IMG/VR virus record: IMGVR_UViG_3300027631_000020 | Coordinates: 1-59,999 of that record | Direction: 5' to 3' (one strand) | From: a virus | Lineage: Duplodnaviria; Caudoviricetes | DNA: 59,999 nucleotides | Part shown: piece after piece, positions 1 through 10,595 of the stretch | How positions within the stretch are numbered: the stretch's first letter is position 1 | How the letters are laid out: every line of letters begins with the position of its first letter | Program-made: the position numbers and the translations under genes | The notes under the pieces: generated by a model | The model's input: only the letters and a program-made list of their open reading frames with translations | Told to the model about the DNA's origin: nothing | Database searches by the model: none

Positions 1-22
1 GGGAAAGATATTTATTAATAAC

Positions 23-3000
23 ATGAATAGTCAAAATATACTAAAATTTTGGGGTTCCAAATTTAATTTGAAACTCGATACATCGGAATTTCACGATTAT
101 GAGTTAGGGAAAACAGACACGGATTACAATTCCGACGTTTTAGACTTGACTACACCCATCGTTTATTCCACTTTGAAAATAAATACTACGGGTCTTAGGG
201 GAACTTCATGTTCTCGAGACAGAATCACTATTGTCGAGTACGATAATAGAGGTAATGACCCAACATATCCATATTCCGCCTATACATGGACCCTTCCATA
301 TTCTGACTTCACTAATCGTTTGGGTAATTCTGACACTATTCTACATAATGACGTTTATAAATTTGTAGATGTCAGTGGTTTTACCCATTATTTTAGAACA
401 TATAGTTATAATTTACCACTTAATAACCCATTTTCGTTAAATGTCACAGGATTAACTGTCAGTACACCAATTGCGTGTATTCCAAGATTGTGGGATGAAG
501 ACCACTGTTGTACATTAGATTCACCATCAAACGCAAAACCATGGGCGTACCAAACCAATCATGGTGCGGGTAGTGGAAATGATTGTAATCCGGCAATTCA
601 AAGAAGAACCGAAAAGGGTTGGACTTTAGATTTTGTATTCAACAGAGAGGATTTACCTTGGTCAGTTGGTAAAGTGTTTTATTATTTGGGTACAAGAGGA
701 AATAGTGATATTTCCGATTATGCGGACAATAATCTTTCATTTTCTTTTACGTCGGATAGAAGAATACAGTGGAGAGCGGTTCATTATTCGGGAGTTTGTT
801 TGGATAATGGTGACTTTAATGAAAGTTACTATGTTGCATCGGGACAAACACCACAACTTTGTATTGATGGAACATCTGAAGATTTTGAAATTACAATAAC
901 TTTTGATAGATATAGACATTTAACCGAATGTAACATTGAAAACGATGGTGGGTTTAATGACTTAATTCCTGAATTTATTATTAATGATTATGTTCCAAAT
1001 ACGGGGGTGACTGCGGTAACATCGACTCAAGTAGTTTCACATAACGAATCTGAGATTTTAAATAAAAAATGGGCTGACGAGAGAAATAGACGATTAGGTG
1101 TTTTGACAATCTATCTAAATGGTAGACCCGTTTATAAAATAAGAAATTGGGAGGAGGTGATTCCTTCAAAAAGGGGTGCTCAACCTTTCATTCAATCGTG
1201 GGGTGCCGGAACTGAATATTCAGGTGGAATCCACAATATGGGTATTTCATGTTTTAACTTTAAGAGAGTACAATACTATGAAGAACCTCTTGATTTTGTT
1301 CACGTTAGACACCATTATTTGGTTGACGTTAAACCATATTATAATATTATTGAATGTGTTGGGGATTGTCCTGATGAGGTAATGGGATTGGGTTATTTAT
1401 CCCCAACCCCCACACCGACTTCTACACCAACACCTACGTTAAGTACCACACCAACCCCAACTATTACACCTACACCAACGGTTGGACCCATTGTGTTAAC
1501 ATTTAGTGGAACAATCAGTAGTGGTTCAATTGTTTGTCATTACGATGCAACTATCGATAGGGTAATTACCAATGATATTACTTTAACAACCACTAACACT
1601 TTAAAATTAAACGACGAAAGTATTTTAGAAATACCTATTTCTATTACAATATATGCTGGTGATTTTATAGGTCAATACACTCAAACATTACCTGAAAATT
1701 TCGGTGATTTGAATAAAACATTCTTTGAGTACACCCCATTGGTGATTAATACTGATAGTACCGAACAATTTAACGATAACGTTTCATTAGCATTAATTTT
1801 TTCGGAGATAACACCAACCCCTACACCAACACCAACAGTAACTCCTTATATACCCGAAAATGATTTTATTTATAATATTATTCCGAATGGAGATTTTATC
1901 TATTCATTAATACCAAATAGTGATTTAACATATACCTTAATTCCTTCAGGTGATTTCTCATCAACGTTTATTCCAAATAACGACGTAACCTATGTTACAT
2001 TACCTGACAATGATACACTCTACTCAATTATACCAAACAATGACTCAACATACACATTAATACCAAATAATGATATTGAATACAATGTATTGAAACCGGG
2101 TAATTCATTCTATGGTGAAATAAAATTAGGTGAGAGTGATATTGAGGGGACTTGTAATTGTCCTGAATGGGAATGTCCAAGATTTTACGTAACGGGAGAC
2201 GGTCCAACGTTCTGTGATTCAAATATTTTTGTAACAAATGGAGATGGATTTAATTTAAATGGATGGGGAACTATTGTTCATAATGGTTTTTATAAAACCG
2301 TTAATATGGATGGTAGTAATATCGCAACATATAGAACTGATTGTGGGGTTTGTCCAATAACTCCAACACCAACACCAACGGTGACACCAACCCCCACGGA
2401 AACACCAACACTAACCCCTACGGAAACACCAACACCAACTCCTACGGAAACAATAGTACCATATAATAAAATTGTTGACCTTAACATAAACAGTTTATCT
2501 TCATATTCAGGAAGTGGAACAACGGTTACGGACATTTTGGGTAATACAACTGCAAGTATATTTGGTTCACCATCATATCAAAATGATGGATGTACATCAT
2601 CAATAGTATTGAATGGTACTGACCAGTACGTTATAACCGACACTTCAATTGCATCATTTTATGATTCTACAGACACGTCTTTATTCCTTTGGGTTTATTT
2701 AACAGATAATGGAGTGATATTGAGTGAACAAGGTGGCGGTGGTTTAAACTTTGGTTGGCACGATTCACAAATTGAATTAGTTAGTGGAACATTGAAGTTT
2801 AGTGTTTGGCCATATGGTAGTACAATAACATCATCAATATCAACACCTCTTAATAATTGGTATTATATTGGGTTTATATACAACAATACAACTTTGACCG
2901 CATATGTGAATGGTCAAAGTGCTGGTTCTGTAAATGTTACAAGACAGGTACCTTATGATAGTGGTAATGGTTTATATTACGCAATAGGCGCATCAGATAC

Positions 3001-4804
3001 TACAAACTTAGGTGATGGTGGTTATTCCGCATTGAAATTTGGTAGATTAGAAATATGGGATGGTGCAATTTCATATTCAGATGTTTTACAAAACTATAAT
3101 AGTTCTGTTACCACTTGGATTTGTTCAACCCCAACACCAACGAGTACACCAACGGTAACTTACTACTATTATTATTTATTAAATTGTAATTTAGGTGATA
3201 ACAAATATGGTAGAAGTACCAATCCATCGTTAAGTGGTAATATTTTTAATGTTGACACCAATACTTGTTACACAATTGTTGGGAATGATAATGGACCTTC
3301 TTATGATTATGATTTAGATGTCGCTACTTTGGTAACGGATTGTACAGACGTATTATGTGTTTTACCAACCCCAACACCAACACCTACTCCAACGAGTACG
3401 GAAACACCAACTGAAACTCCCACTCCCACACCAACAGAAAGTCCTTTAGATTTTACAATATCATCTGATTGTACTAACGGTGGTGCGGTTTATACAAATA
3501 ACCATATCGGTGGTTCAGGTGTATATGATAGAGGAACTGGTTTATATGATACCGAAGCAGAGGCATTAAACGATTTAGGATGGATTCAAATTTCAAATCC
3601 AAGTGGTTATGTTAGTTCAGGTGTCCCATATTTTAATACCACAAGAACATATTGGATTGCATTAAGAGATAGAAATAATCAGTCAAATATTATTGCGAAA
3701 TCTGTACTTGTTGATTGTGAACCAACCCCTACACCAACACCAACGGTGACACCGACGGAGACCTCAACACCGACTCCAACGGCAACGAGTACACCCACAT
3801 CTACGGAAACTCCAACTTCAACGAGTACACCAACTCCAACACCAACATCAACACCATTAGGTTTTACAATTTCAGGTATTTGTCAGAATGACGGTTCAAT
3901 TAGAATAAGTAACCTTGTTGGTTCGGCATCAAATAATTACCAATATACCGGAGGAATACATACCACCGAAAATAGTGCACTTAACGCAACTTTTTGGGGT
4001 TCTATAGTTAGTGGAAGTGTTGGTGTTATAACCATAGGTTCAAGTGGAACATATTGGGTGGCAGTAAGAGAAACCGAAAACCCTTCAAATATTATTGCGA
4101 AGTCGGTAACGATTACTTGTGTTGAAACGAGTGGATTAGTTTTACATTACGACCCATCTACAACAGTGTCATATCCAGGTACCGGAACAACAATTAACGA
4201 TTTGACTGGTCAGGGTAGAACAGGAACAATGTCAAATATAACATTTACATCACCATACCTTACATTTAATGGAACCTCTTCACAAATTTCAGTTCCCGAT
4301 AGTATAGGGTTAGAACCACAAACTGGTGATTGGACAATCGAAGTTTGGGTTAATCAATCAGTTGCAGGTAATGACGTTGTACTTGGTAAGTTTAATGCTG
4401 GTGGTCTCACACAAAACGTAGGTTATAGTATTCGAACTTTAGGTTCATCAGTTTATGCACAATATGGTTCAGGTTCAGGTTCTGGAACTACATTATTTCA
4501 AGATAGTACAAGTTATAGTGTAACACCCGGCACTTGGTATCAAATAGTTTATGTATTCACCAATATTGCGGCTAACACATTTGAAACATTTGTAAATGGA
4601 ACAAGTATAGGTAGTATAAGTCATAATTTATCAAGTATTTTAAACACCACCACGAATTTATACATAGGTTCATATAATAATGGTGAATATGAACAATGGT
4701 TTGATGGTAAAATTGGTATAGTTAGAATGTATAATAAATCATTGACATCATCCGAGGTTTTAGGTAACTACAATACGGACAAATCAAAATACGGATTAAG
4801 TTAA
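23..4804 (+). CDS. Large virion fibre/adhesin-like protein (1593 aa) with LamG/ConA-like domains, SprB-like modules and Thr-Pro linkers
   Basis: LamG-type patterns (WYYIGFIYNNTTLTAYVNG; WTIEVWV...WYQIVYVF...FVNG...FDGKIGIVRMYNKSLT), several (PT)n linkers, a 10-aa repeat tract, and a TATTTAT motif at 9-15. Confidence 0.7.
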   Translation: MNSQNILKFWGSKFNLKLDTSEFHDYELGKTDTDYNSDVLDLTTPIVYSTLKINTTGLRGTSCSRDRITIVEYDNRGNDPTYPYSAYTWTLPYSDFTNRLGNSDTILHNDVYKFVDVSGFTHYFRTYSYNLPLNNPFSLNVTGLTVSTPIACIPRLWDEDHCCTLDSPSNAKPWAYQTNHGAGSGNDCNPAIQRRTEKGWTLDFVFNREDLPWSVGKVFYYLGTRGNSDISDYADNNLSFSFTSDRRIQWRAVHYSGVCLDNGDFNESYYVASGQTPQLCIDGTSEDFEITITFDRYRHLTECNIENDGGFNDLIPEFIINDYVPNTGVTAVTSTQVVSHNESEILNKKWADERNRRLGVLTIYLNGRPVYKIRNWEEVIPSKRGAQPFIQSWGAGTEYSGGIHNMGISCFNFKRVQYYEEPLDFVHVRHHYLVDVKPYYNIIECVGDCPDEVMGLGYLSPTPTPTSTPTPTLSTTPTPTITPTPTVGPIVLTFSGTISSGSIVCHYDATIDRVITNDITLTTTNTLKLNDESILEIPISITIYAGDFIGQYTQTLPENFGDLNKTFFEYTPLVINTDSTEQFNDNVSLALIFSEITPTPTPTPTVTPYIPENDFIYNIIPNGDFIYSLIPNSDLTYTLIPSGDFSSTFIPNNDVTYVTLPDNDTLYSIIPNNDSTYTLIPNNDIEYNVLKPGNSFYGEIKLGESDIEGTCNCPEWECPRFYVTGDGPTFCDSNIFVTNGDGFNLNGWGTIVHNGFYKTVNMDGSNIATYRTDCGVCPITPTPTPTVTPTPTETPTLTPTETPTPTPTETIVPYNKIVDLNINSLSSYSGSGTTVTDILGNTTASIFGSPSYQNDGCTSSIVLNGTDQYVITDTSIASFYDSTDTSLFLWVYLTDNGVILSEQGGGGLNFGWHDSQIELVSGTLKFSVWPYGSTITSSISTPLNNWYYIGFIYNNTTLTAYVNGQSAGSVNVTRQVPYDSGNGLYYAIGASDTTNLGDGGYSALKFGRLEIWDGAISYSDVLQNYNSSVTTWICSTPTPTSTPTVTYYYYYLLNCNLGDNKYGRSTNPSLSGNIFNVDTNTCYTIVGNDNGPSYDYDLDVATLVTDCTDVLCVLPTPTPTPTPTSTETPTETPTPTPTESPLDFTISSDCTNGGAVYTNNHIGGSGVYDRGTGLYDTEAEALNDLGWIQISNPSGYVSSGVPYFNTTRTYWIALRDRNNQSNIIAKSVLVDCEPTPTPTPTVTPTETSTPTPTATSTPTSTETPTSTSTPTPTPTSTPLGFTISGICQNDGSIRISNLVGSASNNYQYTGGIHTTENSALNATFWGSIVSGSVGVITIGSSGTYWVAVRETENPSNIIAKSVTITCVETSGLVLHYDPSTTVSYPGTGTTINDLTGQGRTGTMSNITFTSPYLTFNGTSSQISVPDSIGLEPQTGDWTIEVWVNQSVAGNDVVLGKFNAGGLTQNVGYSIRTLGSSVYAQYGSGSGSGTTLFQDSTSYSVTPGTWYQIVYVFTNIAANTFETFVNGTSIGSISHNLSSILNTTTNLYIGSYNNGEYEQWFDGKIGIVRMYNKSLTSSEVLGNYNTDKSKYGLS
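1850..2093 (+). repeat. About 8 degenerate 30-nt/10-aa coding repeats (DxxYxLIPNx)
   Basis: DFIYNIIPNG-DFIYSLIPNS-DLTYTLIPSG-DFSSTFIPNN-DVTYVTLPDN-DTLYSIIPNN-DSTYTLIPNN-DIEYNVL. Confidence 0.9.
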
Positions 4805-4876
4805 AAATAAAAAACAATAAAAAAGAAAAGATACAACAAGATAAAGTATTTATAATAAACACAAAAATAACAAACT

Positions 4877-6979
4877 ATGGCAGTAGGAGCAAGAATAACG
4901 AGCACACACCTGAGTGGTAAAACGGCAACAGTAACGTTTGTACCATATACAGGTGCAACATCAGGTACAACTCAAAACCTCGGAACTAAGGTAATCCCTT
5001 TCAATAACATCACCACACACCCGTATGGTAACTATAATCTTTACTTTGCTGAGTATGATTACACATACACGTTAAACATACCTGAACCAGATGCCTCTGT
5101 CCAATCGTTTGTTTATCAAAATAGAATGGTTAATTCTGACAACTATGGAGCTGCGTTTTTGAATTTTAATGATTTTACCGCAGAAATTATTGACTTAGGT
5201 GTTGATGTTGGTGTATGGAATAATAATAATATATATGTATTAGACAATTCAGGTTATATGTACTATTACATAGGTGTTAACAATAGTAATGATAGATTAG
5301 TAATATTCACAAATGCCACTCACGAAGAAATAGGAAGATATAGTGGTACAACTAATAGTTCAAGTAGAGATGATTTTGACGGTAAGTGGGTCGCGTTTGA
5401 AGATGTGAATAATGGTGTGTTGACTTACTCAGATGGTGTATCGGTATTTACATACACTTGGGACCCAATATTTTATACTGTTGATATTGACTGGAATTAT
5501 GATGCAACCACGTCTGATGGTACAATGATTATCGAAAAATGGGAAGTTCCGCCTTCAAGTGGGTGGACATACAATGGACCAGGTACATCACACATAGTTA
5601 ATCCAACTGATGGTACAACAACTTTATTTAAAACTTGGACCGATGGAACATACATTAGACATAAAATAACGCCATCGTCTGACTTTATTGTTGTTTTAAC
5701 TGAAACTCAAGGTACCTCAAACGCATACACAAATTTTGAAATATATGACACAAGTGGAACCATTTTAGAGACAGTTTCACTAAGTGGTGCCACATATACC
5801 AATTATAATGAACAATTTCACGGAACAAACAAATATACCGTAGTGTTCTATGATAATAATAATGTAAACACACCATATAAAATTATAAGTTATAATGGTA
5901 ACACATCGAACTTAATTGAAACATCACACGCTAGAGGTACGGAATATGAACAAAACAGTTTAGATGGAGATGGTAATTTTTGGCCTGATAATGAAGGAAC
6001 TAATGGTGGTGTTGTAATAACTTTTTATGATGCATATAATTGGACTAATTATGGTACACAAGTTACATACTGTGACATTATGTATATGTTCAATAATCAA
6101 ACATCGTTTAGTACATATACATTCGCAAACGACGAATCAAAAACAATTAATCCATATGGTCAATTAAGTGACATTTATAGAACACCGTGTGTAAATGGTG
6201 ATGGTGTTGCGTCTATGTTAACCATTATGTCGGGTAGTACTCGTATTGAAAGTATGAATGTTAATATTTCTGGTGTTACTAATTTGAATTGGCATTCATT
6301 GGGTAATAGAACTGTTGTACAAATTTTGACAAACGACAATAACAACGTAACTTACAAATATATTAATGAATTAGGTGTTGTAATTGACGAAATAAACGAT
6401 TATGGTTTAGTTTCAAACTTCGCAACAAATATGAATTCTTTTGGTGAGACCGGTTATCTTTCAATCAGAACAGAAGGTGATATTGGGTATTACGTATATA
6501 GTGGTAGTACCGGATTTACTCAAACGGGTTATTATGCCGATACAAATACCACAAATCAATATTCCTCAGGCACAAATAGGTATTATGGTGCGATGCTTTT
6601 ATATACTTTCGACCAGTTAGGTTTTAGGGTATTATCATCAACCGGAATAACTAGTGAGTTTATTTTCCCTGAGTATAATAGTTTTGACATTCGAATTGGT
6701 GAGAGTAAATTTATGTTTGTATATAATGAAACTATTGGTGGTCCAACTATAATAAGATTATATGATTTTTCTGGAACACTATTAAACAGTGAAGTAACAA
6801 GTTGGACTAATGGTTGGAGTAATTTGTATGGTGTTAGAGACAGATTTGTTGTTATGAACTATGATGGAGATAACACGGTCGAAACTTATTTAGTTAGTGA
6901 AAATACTATTACATCAGTAACAACTCAAGACTATAGTAGTGAAGAATCTACCAATGATTGGATTTACACAAATGACTAA
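4877..6979 (+). CDS. Putative virion structural protein (700 aa, beta-rich, possibly propeller-like)
   Basis: Long ORF rich in T/N/Y/G with many [ST]GxT motifs; TATTTATA at 4847-4854. Confidence 0.55.
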   Translation: MAVGARITSTHLSGKTATVTFVPYTGATSGTTQNLGTKVIPFNNITTHPYGNYNLYFAEYDYTYTLNIPEPDASVQSFVYQNRMVNSDNYGAAFLNFNDFTAEIIDLGVDVGVWNNNNIYVLDNSGYMYYYIGVNNSNDRLVIFTNATHEEIGRYSGTTNSSSRDDFDGKWVAFEDVNNGVLTYSDGVSVFTYTWDPIFYTVDIDWNYDATTSDGTMIIEKWEVPPSSGWTYNGPGTSHIVNPTDGTTTLFKTWTDGTYIRHKITPSSDFIVVLTETQGTSNAYTNFEIYDTSGTILETVSLSGATYTNYNEQFHGTNKYTVVFYDNNNVNTPYKIISYNGNTSNLIETSHARGTEYEQNSLDGDGNFWPDNEGTNGGVVITFYDAYNWTNYGTQVTYCDIMYMFNNQTSFSTYTFANDESKTINPYGQLSDIYRTPCVNGDGVASMLTIMSGSTRIESMNVNISGVTNLNWHSLGNRTVVQILTNDNNNVTYKYINELGVVIDEINDYGLVSNFATNMNSFGETGYLSIRTEGDIGYYVYSGSTGFTQTGYYADTNTTNQYSSGTNRYYGAMLLYTFDQLGFRVLSSTGITSEFIFPEYNSFDIRIGESKFMFVYNETIGGPTIIRLYDFSGTLLNSEVTSWTNGWSNLYGVRDRFVVMNYDGDNTVETYLVSENTITSVTTQDYSSEESTNDWIYTND

Positions 6980-6997
6980 AAATTAAAAAAATAGATT

Positions 6998-7240
6998 ATG
7001 AAAATATTAGATATTGATGTTAAAGTCATCAAAAACAAACAAAAAATTAAAAGTTTTCAAAAGACCTTTAATACTAACGAGGAGTTAACGGTTGAACACA
7101 TTAAAGGTGTTATTAAAAATGAAATGGAATTTCCATTTGAAATAGTAAAAGAAGAATTTTACTGTAAGTCAAATGAATTAAAAAATGAAGATAATGCACC
7201 ATTCAAATCAGGTAACGAATTTATTTTAACAATTAAGTAA
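6998..7240 (+). CDS. Small protein with a possible ubiquitin-like (beta-grasp) fold
   Basis: IDVK...TVEHIKGVIKNEMEFP...FYCKSNELKNE...GNEFILTIK parallels ubiquitin IFVK...TIENVKAKIQDKEGIP...LIFAGKQLED...STLHLVLR; TAATG overlap with the next gene. Confidence 0.4.
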   Translation: MKILDIDVKVIKNKQKIKSFQKTFNTNEELTVEHIKGVIKNEMEFPFEIVKEEFYCKSNELKNEDNAPFKSGNEFILTIK

Positions 7241-7608
7241 TGGAATTTTTTATTAGACAAGGGTCATCCGAACCTATATTAAAGTTAAGAATGATTGATG
7301 ATGGTAAAAATGATAAATCATCCTTTAATGATTCTTTGGAGTTGTGCGATATCACTTTCGATATGTACGATGTTATTACGGGTGAACCTGAAATTTTAAA
7401 TTCCGATTGTCAAATTACCACAAGGGACAAAAAATACAATCAGACCACAGACGAATATTACATCGTTCACAGATTTACAGAAACCCAAACATCTAAATCG
7501 GGAAAATATGAAGGTAAGGTTACAATTCAATTTTTGGATACAAACCTAAATCCAACGACAAAGTTAATTTTACCCGTAAAAGAAAAATTATTTATTACTA
7601 TTTTTTAA
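7240..7608 (+). CDS. BppU N-terminal-like Ig-fold virion protein
   Basis: FFIRQGSSEPILKLRM...ITFDM...F...T..SGKYEGKVTI...LP pattern typical of BppU_N-like fibre anchors. Confidence 0.5.
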   Translation: MEFFIRQGSSEPILKLRMIDDGKNDKSSFNDSLELCDITFDMYDVITGEPEILNSDCQITTRDKKYNQTTDEYYIVHRFTETQTSKSGKYEGKVTIQFLDTNLNPTTKLILPVKEKLFITIF

Positions 7609-7626
7609 TTTATCAATATATTTTTG

Positions 7627-7634
7627 TATATTTG
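7627..7634 (+). promoter_or_regulatory. Bacteroidota-type -7 element TATATTTG upstream of the DNA polymerase gene
   Basis: Matches TAnnTTTG; no clear TTTG -33 element. Confidence 0.45.
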
Positions 7635-7697
7635 GCCCTAAGACAAACTATGACAATTCCGTCATAAGATAATAGGTCAACTAAAAAATATACAAAT

Positions 7698-10595
7698 ATG
7701 GCAGAAGTAATTTCTCAAGAAACCATCGAGGGTTTCTTAAATGGTTGGGACCCCGAAGAATTCATAGTAGGGGTTGAGTATGACTACAGAACCAACAAAA
7801 TCTACAAAATCATTCAAGACCCTGAAAAGGGTAAAGTCATTAAAGAGGACACAATCGTCCCCTTTCTTTGGGTCGGAGACCTAACGGGATTCAATTTCTA
7901 TCAAAACAGTAAGGCACTCCAAAAGAAAAAAATGGGGGAATACGGTATTTTGATTGAAAAATTGGAGACCCATGGTAATGAGCGTCTTGAACTTGGTATG
8001 ACTCACTTGGTTAAGTGTATGAAAGGATACACCGAGTTAATCAACTTCTTTAAACAAGGTGGTATTGACCCATGGGGTGAAAAAACAAAACAGTTATTTA
8101 CCATTTTAAATCCCTCAGAACAATACCTAATTCAAAAGAAAAAAAGATTATTTAAAGGTATTGAAGAATATAGTGGTGTTCATCGTTTTGTATTTGATAT
8201 TGAAACCACAGGTTTAGACCCCGAAACGTGTAACATCATTTTGATTGGGGTTAAGGATAATCGTGGTACAAACGAAACAATATCTGCATTTGGGGATGAC
8301 GGTGAAAAAAAATGTATAGAGAGATTCTTCAATATTATTAAAGAATTAAAACCAACAATCATTAGTGGTTATAACTCCGCATTCTTTGACTGGCCATTTA
8401 TTTTAAAACGAGCGGAAATCTTGGGTGTTGATGTCAGTAGTTTAACTCAAATCTTTACAAAACAAGGTATTAAAGAAAAAAAGGGCATGTTGAAACTTGC
8501 CAATGAACAAGAAGACTACATCCAACATGTTATTTGGGGATTTAATATAATTGATATTGCACACTCTGTTCGTAGAGCACAGGCAATTAACAGTGAAATC
8601 AAATCTTGGGGTTTGAAGTATATCACCAAGTATTTGGAAAAGGAAAAGGAAAATCGTATCTACGTTGATGGTGCCAAAATATCTAAAATTTATTTAGATA
8701 ATGAAAGTTATTATGTTAACCCAAAAACAGGTGGTTACAAACAAATTGGTGAATCGGGAACCGATGGTTTATTAGAAAGATATCCTGGTAAGTTTGAAAT
8801 ATGGACGGGTAGAAAAGTTATTGAACAATACCTTGACGATGACTTGTATGAAACAATGGTTGTTGATGATTCATTTAGTCAATCTACGTTTCTACTTTCT
8901 AAAGTCGTACCCACAACATATGAGAGAATCGCAACGATGGGTACCGCAACATTATGGAAAATTATCATGTTAGCGTGGTCATATGAAAATAATTTGGCAA
9001 TTCCCGCAAAAGATGAAAGACGACCAATCACGGGAGGTTTATCGAGGTTATTGAACGTGGGTTACGCTAAAAACATCGTTAAGTTTGACTACTCTTCACT
9101 CTACCCTTCAATTCAATTAGTGTATGATGTATTCCCTGATTGCGATGTTATGGGTGTACAGAAATCGATGTTAAAGTATTTCCGTAACATTCGTATAAAA
9201 TATAAACACCTTGCCGGTGATTTAAAATCGAGTGACCCCGTTGCATCTGAGATGTACGACCGTAAACAATTACCAATTAAGATTTTTATTAACGCATATT
9301 TTGGTTCATTATCCGCACCACACGTATTTCCATGGGGAGATATGAATATGGGTGAGACAATCACATGTGTGGGTAGACAATGTCTTCGTATGATGATTAT
9401 GTTCTTTATGAAGAAGGGATATAAACCACTTGTAATGGATACAGACGGTGTAAACTTTGAAACACCCGAGAATATCAACGACACCATTTACGTAGGTAAA
9501 GGATTAAACGAATTGGTTGTGGGAGGTAAAGAATATATTGGTATCGAGGCGGACACCGCCGAATTCAACGATATCTTTATGAGAAATGAAATGGGTCTTG
9601 ACATTGATTACGTTGCACCTGCGTGTGTTAACGTATCGAGAAAGAACTACATCATCAAATTGAATAAGAAAGGTAAAGAGGTAATTAAATTAACGGGTAA
9701 CACCATTAAATCTAAAAAGTTATCACAATATGTTGTTGATTTTTTAGATGAGGGTTTAAAATATCTTTTAGAAGGTAATGGATTGTTATTTATTGAACTT
9801 TATTACAAATACGTTGGAATGATTTATAATCAGGAAATTCCTTTGGCTAAAATTGCAAATAAAGCTCGTGTAAAACAAAGTCTTGCCGATTATAAAAAAC
9901 ACATTCAAAAAACAACCAAATCGGGGTCACTTATGTCTCGTCAGGCCCATATGGAGTTAATACTTCAAAGTGATTATTCTGCGGGTCTTGGAGAAACCAT
10001 TTATTACATTAATAACGGATTTAAGAAATCAGATGGGGATGTCCAACGAGTTACTAAGGCGACTAAGAAACAACAGGAGGATTATTTGGAAAAACACGGA
10101 ACAACAATTCCTGACAATTACATTCAAATCAATTGTTATATGATTCCCGAAAAAGACATTGTGGATAATCCCGACTTGACCGGTGAATATAACATTGCTC
10201 GTTACCTAACCAATTTTAATAAACGAGTGGAACCTTTATTGGTCGCATTTAACCCTTCAATCAGAGAAGACATCTTAATTGAAAATCCGAACGATAGACA
10301 ATACTTTACACAAACTCAATGTGAACTTGTTAGTGGATTTCCATTAAAAGAAGACGGACAAGATAAGTTCGAAGAAGTTATGACACTATCAGATGGTGAG
10401 GTTATATTTTGGAATAGAGTACAACGTGACCCATTCTTTATGTACGTAGATAGTAGTCTCGAATTGGTTGACCAATATTGGGTTGAGCACAACAGAAAAG
10501 TTGTAAAGTTACAAGCCGCAAGTATTAAAAGTAATGAAGATGAAATTATTGAAACGAATGGTATTGATTATGCGTACCATGCGATTGATATTTAA
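7698..10595 (+). CDS. polB: Family B DNA polymerase with 3'-5' exonuclease
   Basis: ExoI FDIETTG, ExoII GYNSAFFD, ExoIII YLDDD, motif A DYSSLYPS, motif B KIFINAYFG, motif C MDTDG. Confidence 0.97.
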   Translation: MAEVISQETIEGFLNGWDPEEFIVGVEYDYRTNKIYKIIQDPEKGKVIKEDTIVPFLWVGDLTGFNFYQNSKALQKKKMGEYGILIEKLETHGNERLELGMTHLVKCMKGYTELINFFKQGGIDPWGEKTKQLFTILNPSEQYLIQKKKRLFKGIEEYSGVHRFVFDIETTGLDPETCNIILIGVKDNRGTNETISAFGDDGEKKCIERFFNIIKELKPTIISGYNSAFFDWPFILKRAEILGVDVSSLTQIFTKQGIKEKKGMLKLANEQEDYIQHVIWGFNIIDIAHSVRRAQAINSEIKSWGLKYITKYLEKEKENRIYVDGAKISKIYLDNESYYVNPKTGGYKQIGESGTDGLLERYPGKFEIWTGRKVIEQYLDDDLYETMVVDDSFSQSTFLLSKVVPTTYERIATMGTATLWKIIMLAWSYENNLAIPAKDERRPITGGLSRLLNVGYAKNIVKFDYSSLYPSIQLVYDVFPDCDVMGVQKSMLKYFRNIRIKYKHLAGDLKSSDPVASEMYDRKQLPIKIFINAYFGSLSAPHVFPWGDMNMGETITCVGRQCLRMMIMFFMKKGYKPLVMDTDGVNFETPENINDTIYVGKGLNELVVGGKEYIGIEADTAEFNDIFMRNEMGLDIDYVAPACVNVSRKNYIIKLNKKGKEVIKLTGNTIKSKKLSQYVVDFLDEGLKYLLEGNGLLFIELYYKYVGMIYNQEIPLAKIANKARVKQSLADYKKHIQKTTKSGSLMSRQAHMELILQSDYSAGLGETIYYINNGFKKSDGDVQRVTKATKKQQEDYLEKHGTTIPDNYIQINCYMIPEKDIVDNPDLTGEYNIARYLTNFNKRVEPLLVAFNPSIREDILIENPNDRQYFTQTQCELVSGFPLKEDGQDKFEEVMTLSDGEVIFWNRVQRDPFFMYVDSSLELVDQYWVEHNRKVVKLQAASIKSNEDEIIETNGIDYAYHAIDI

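Noticed and set aside
23-4804. Diversity-generating retroelement acting on the fibre genes
   Set aside because: No reverse transcriptase and no template/variable repeat pair differing at adenines was seen; the duplicated modules differ broadly.
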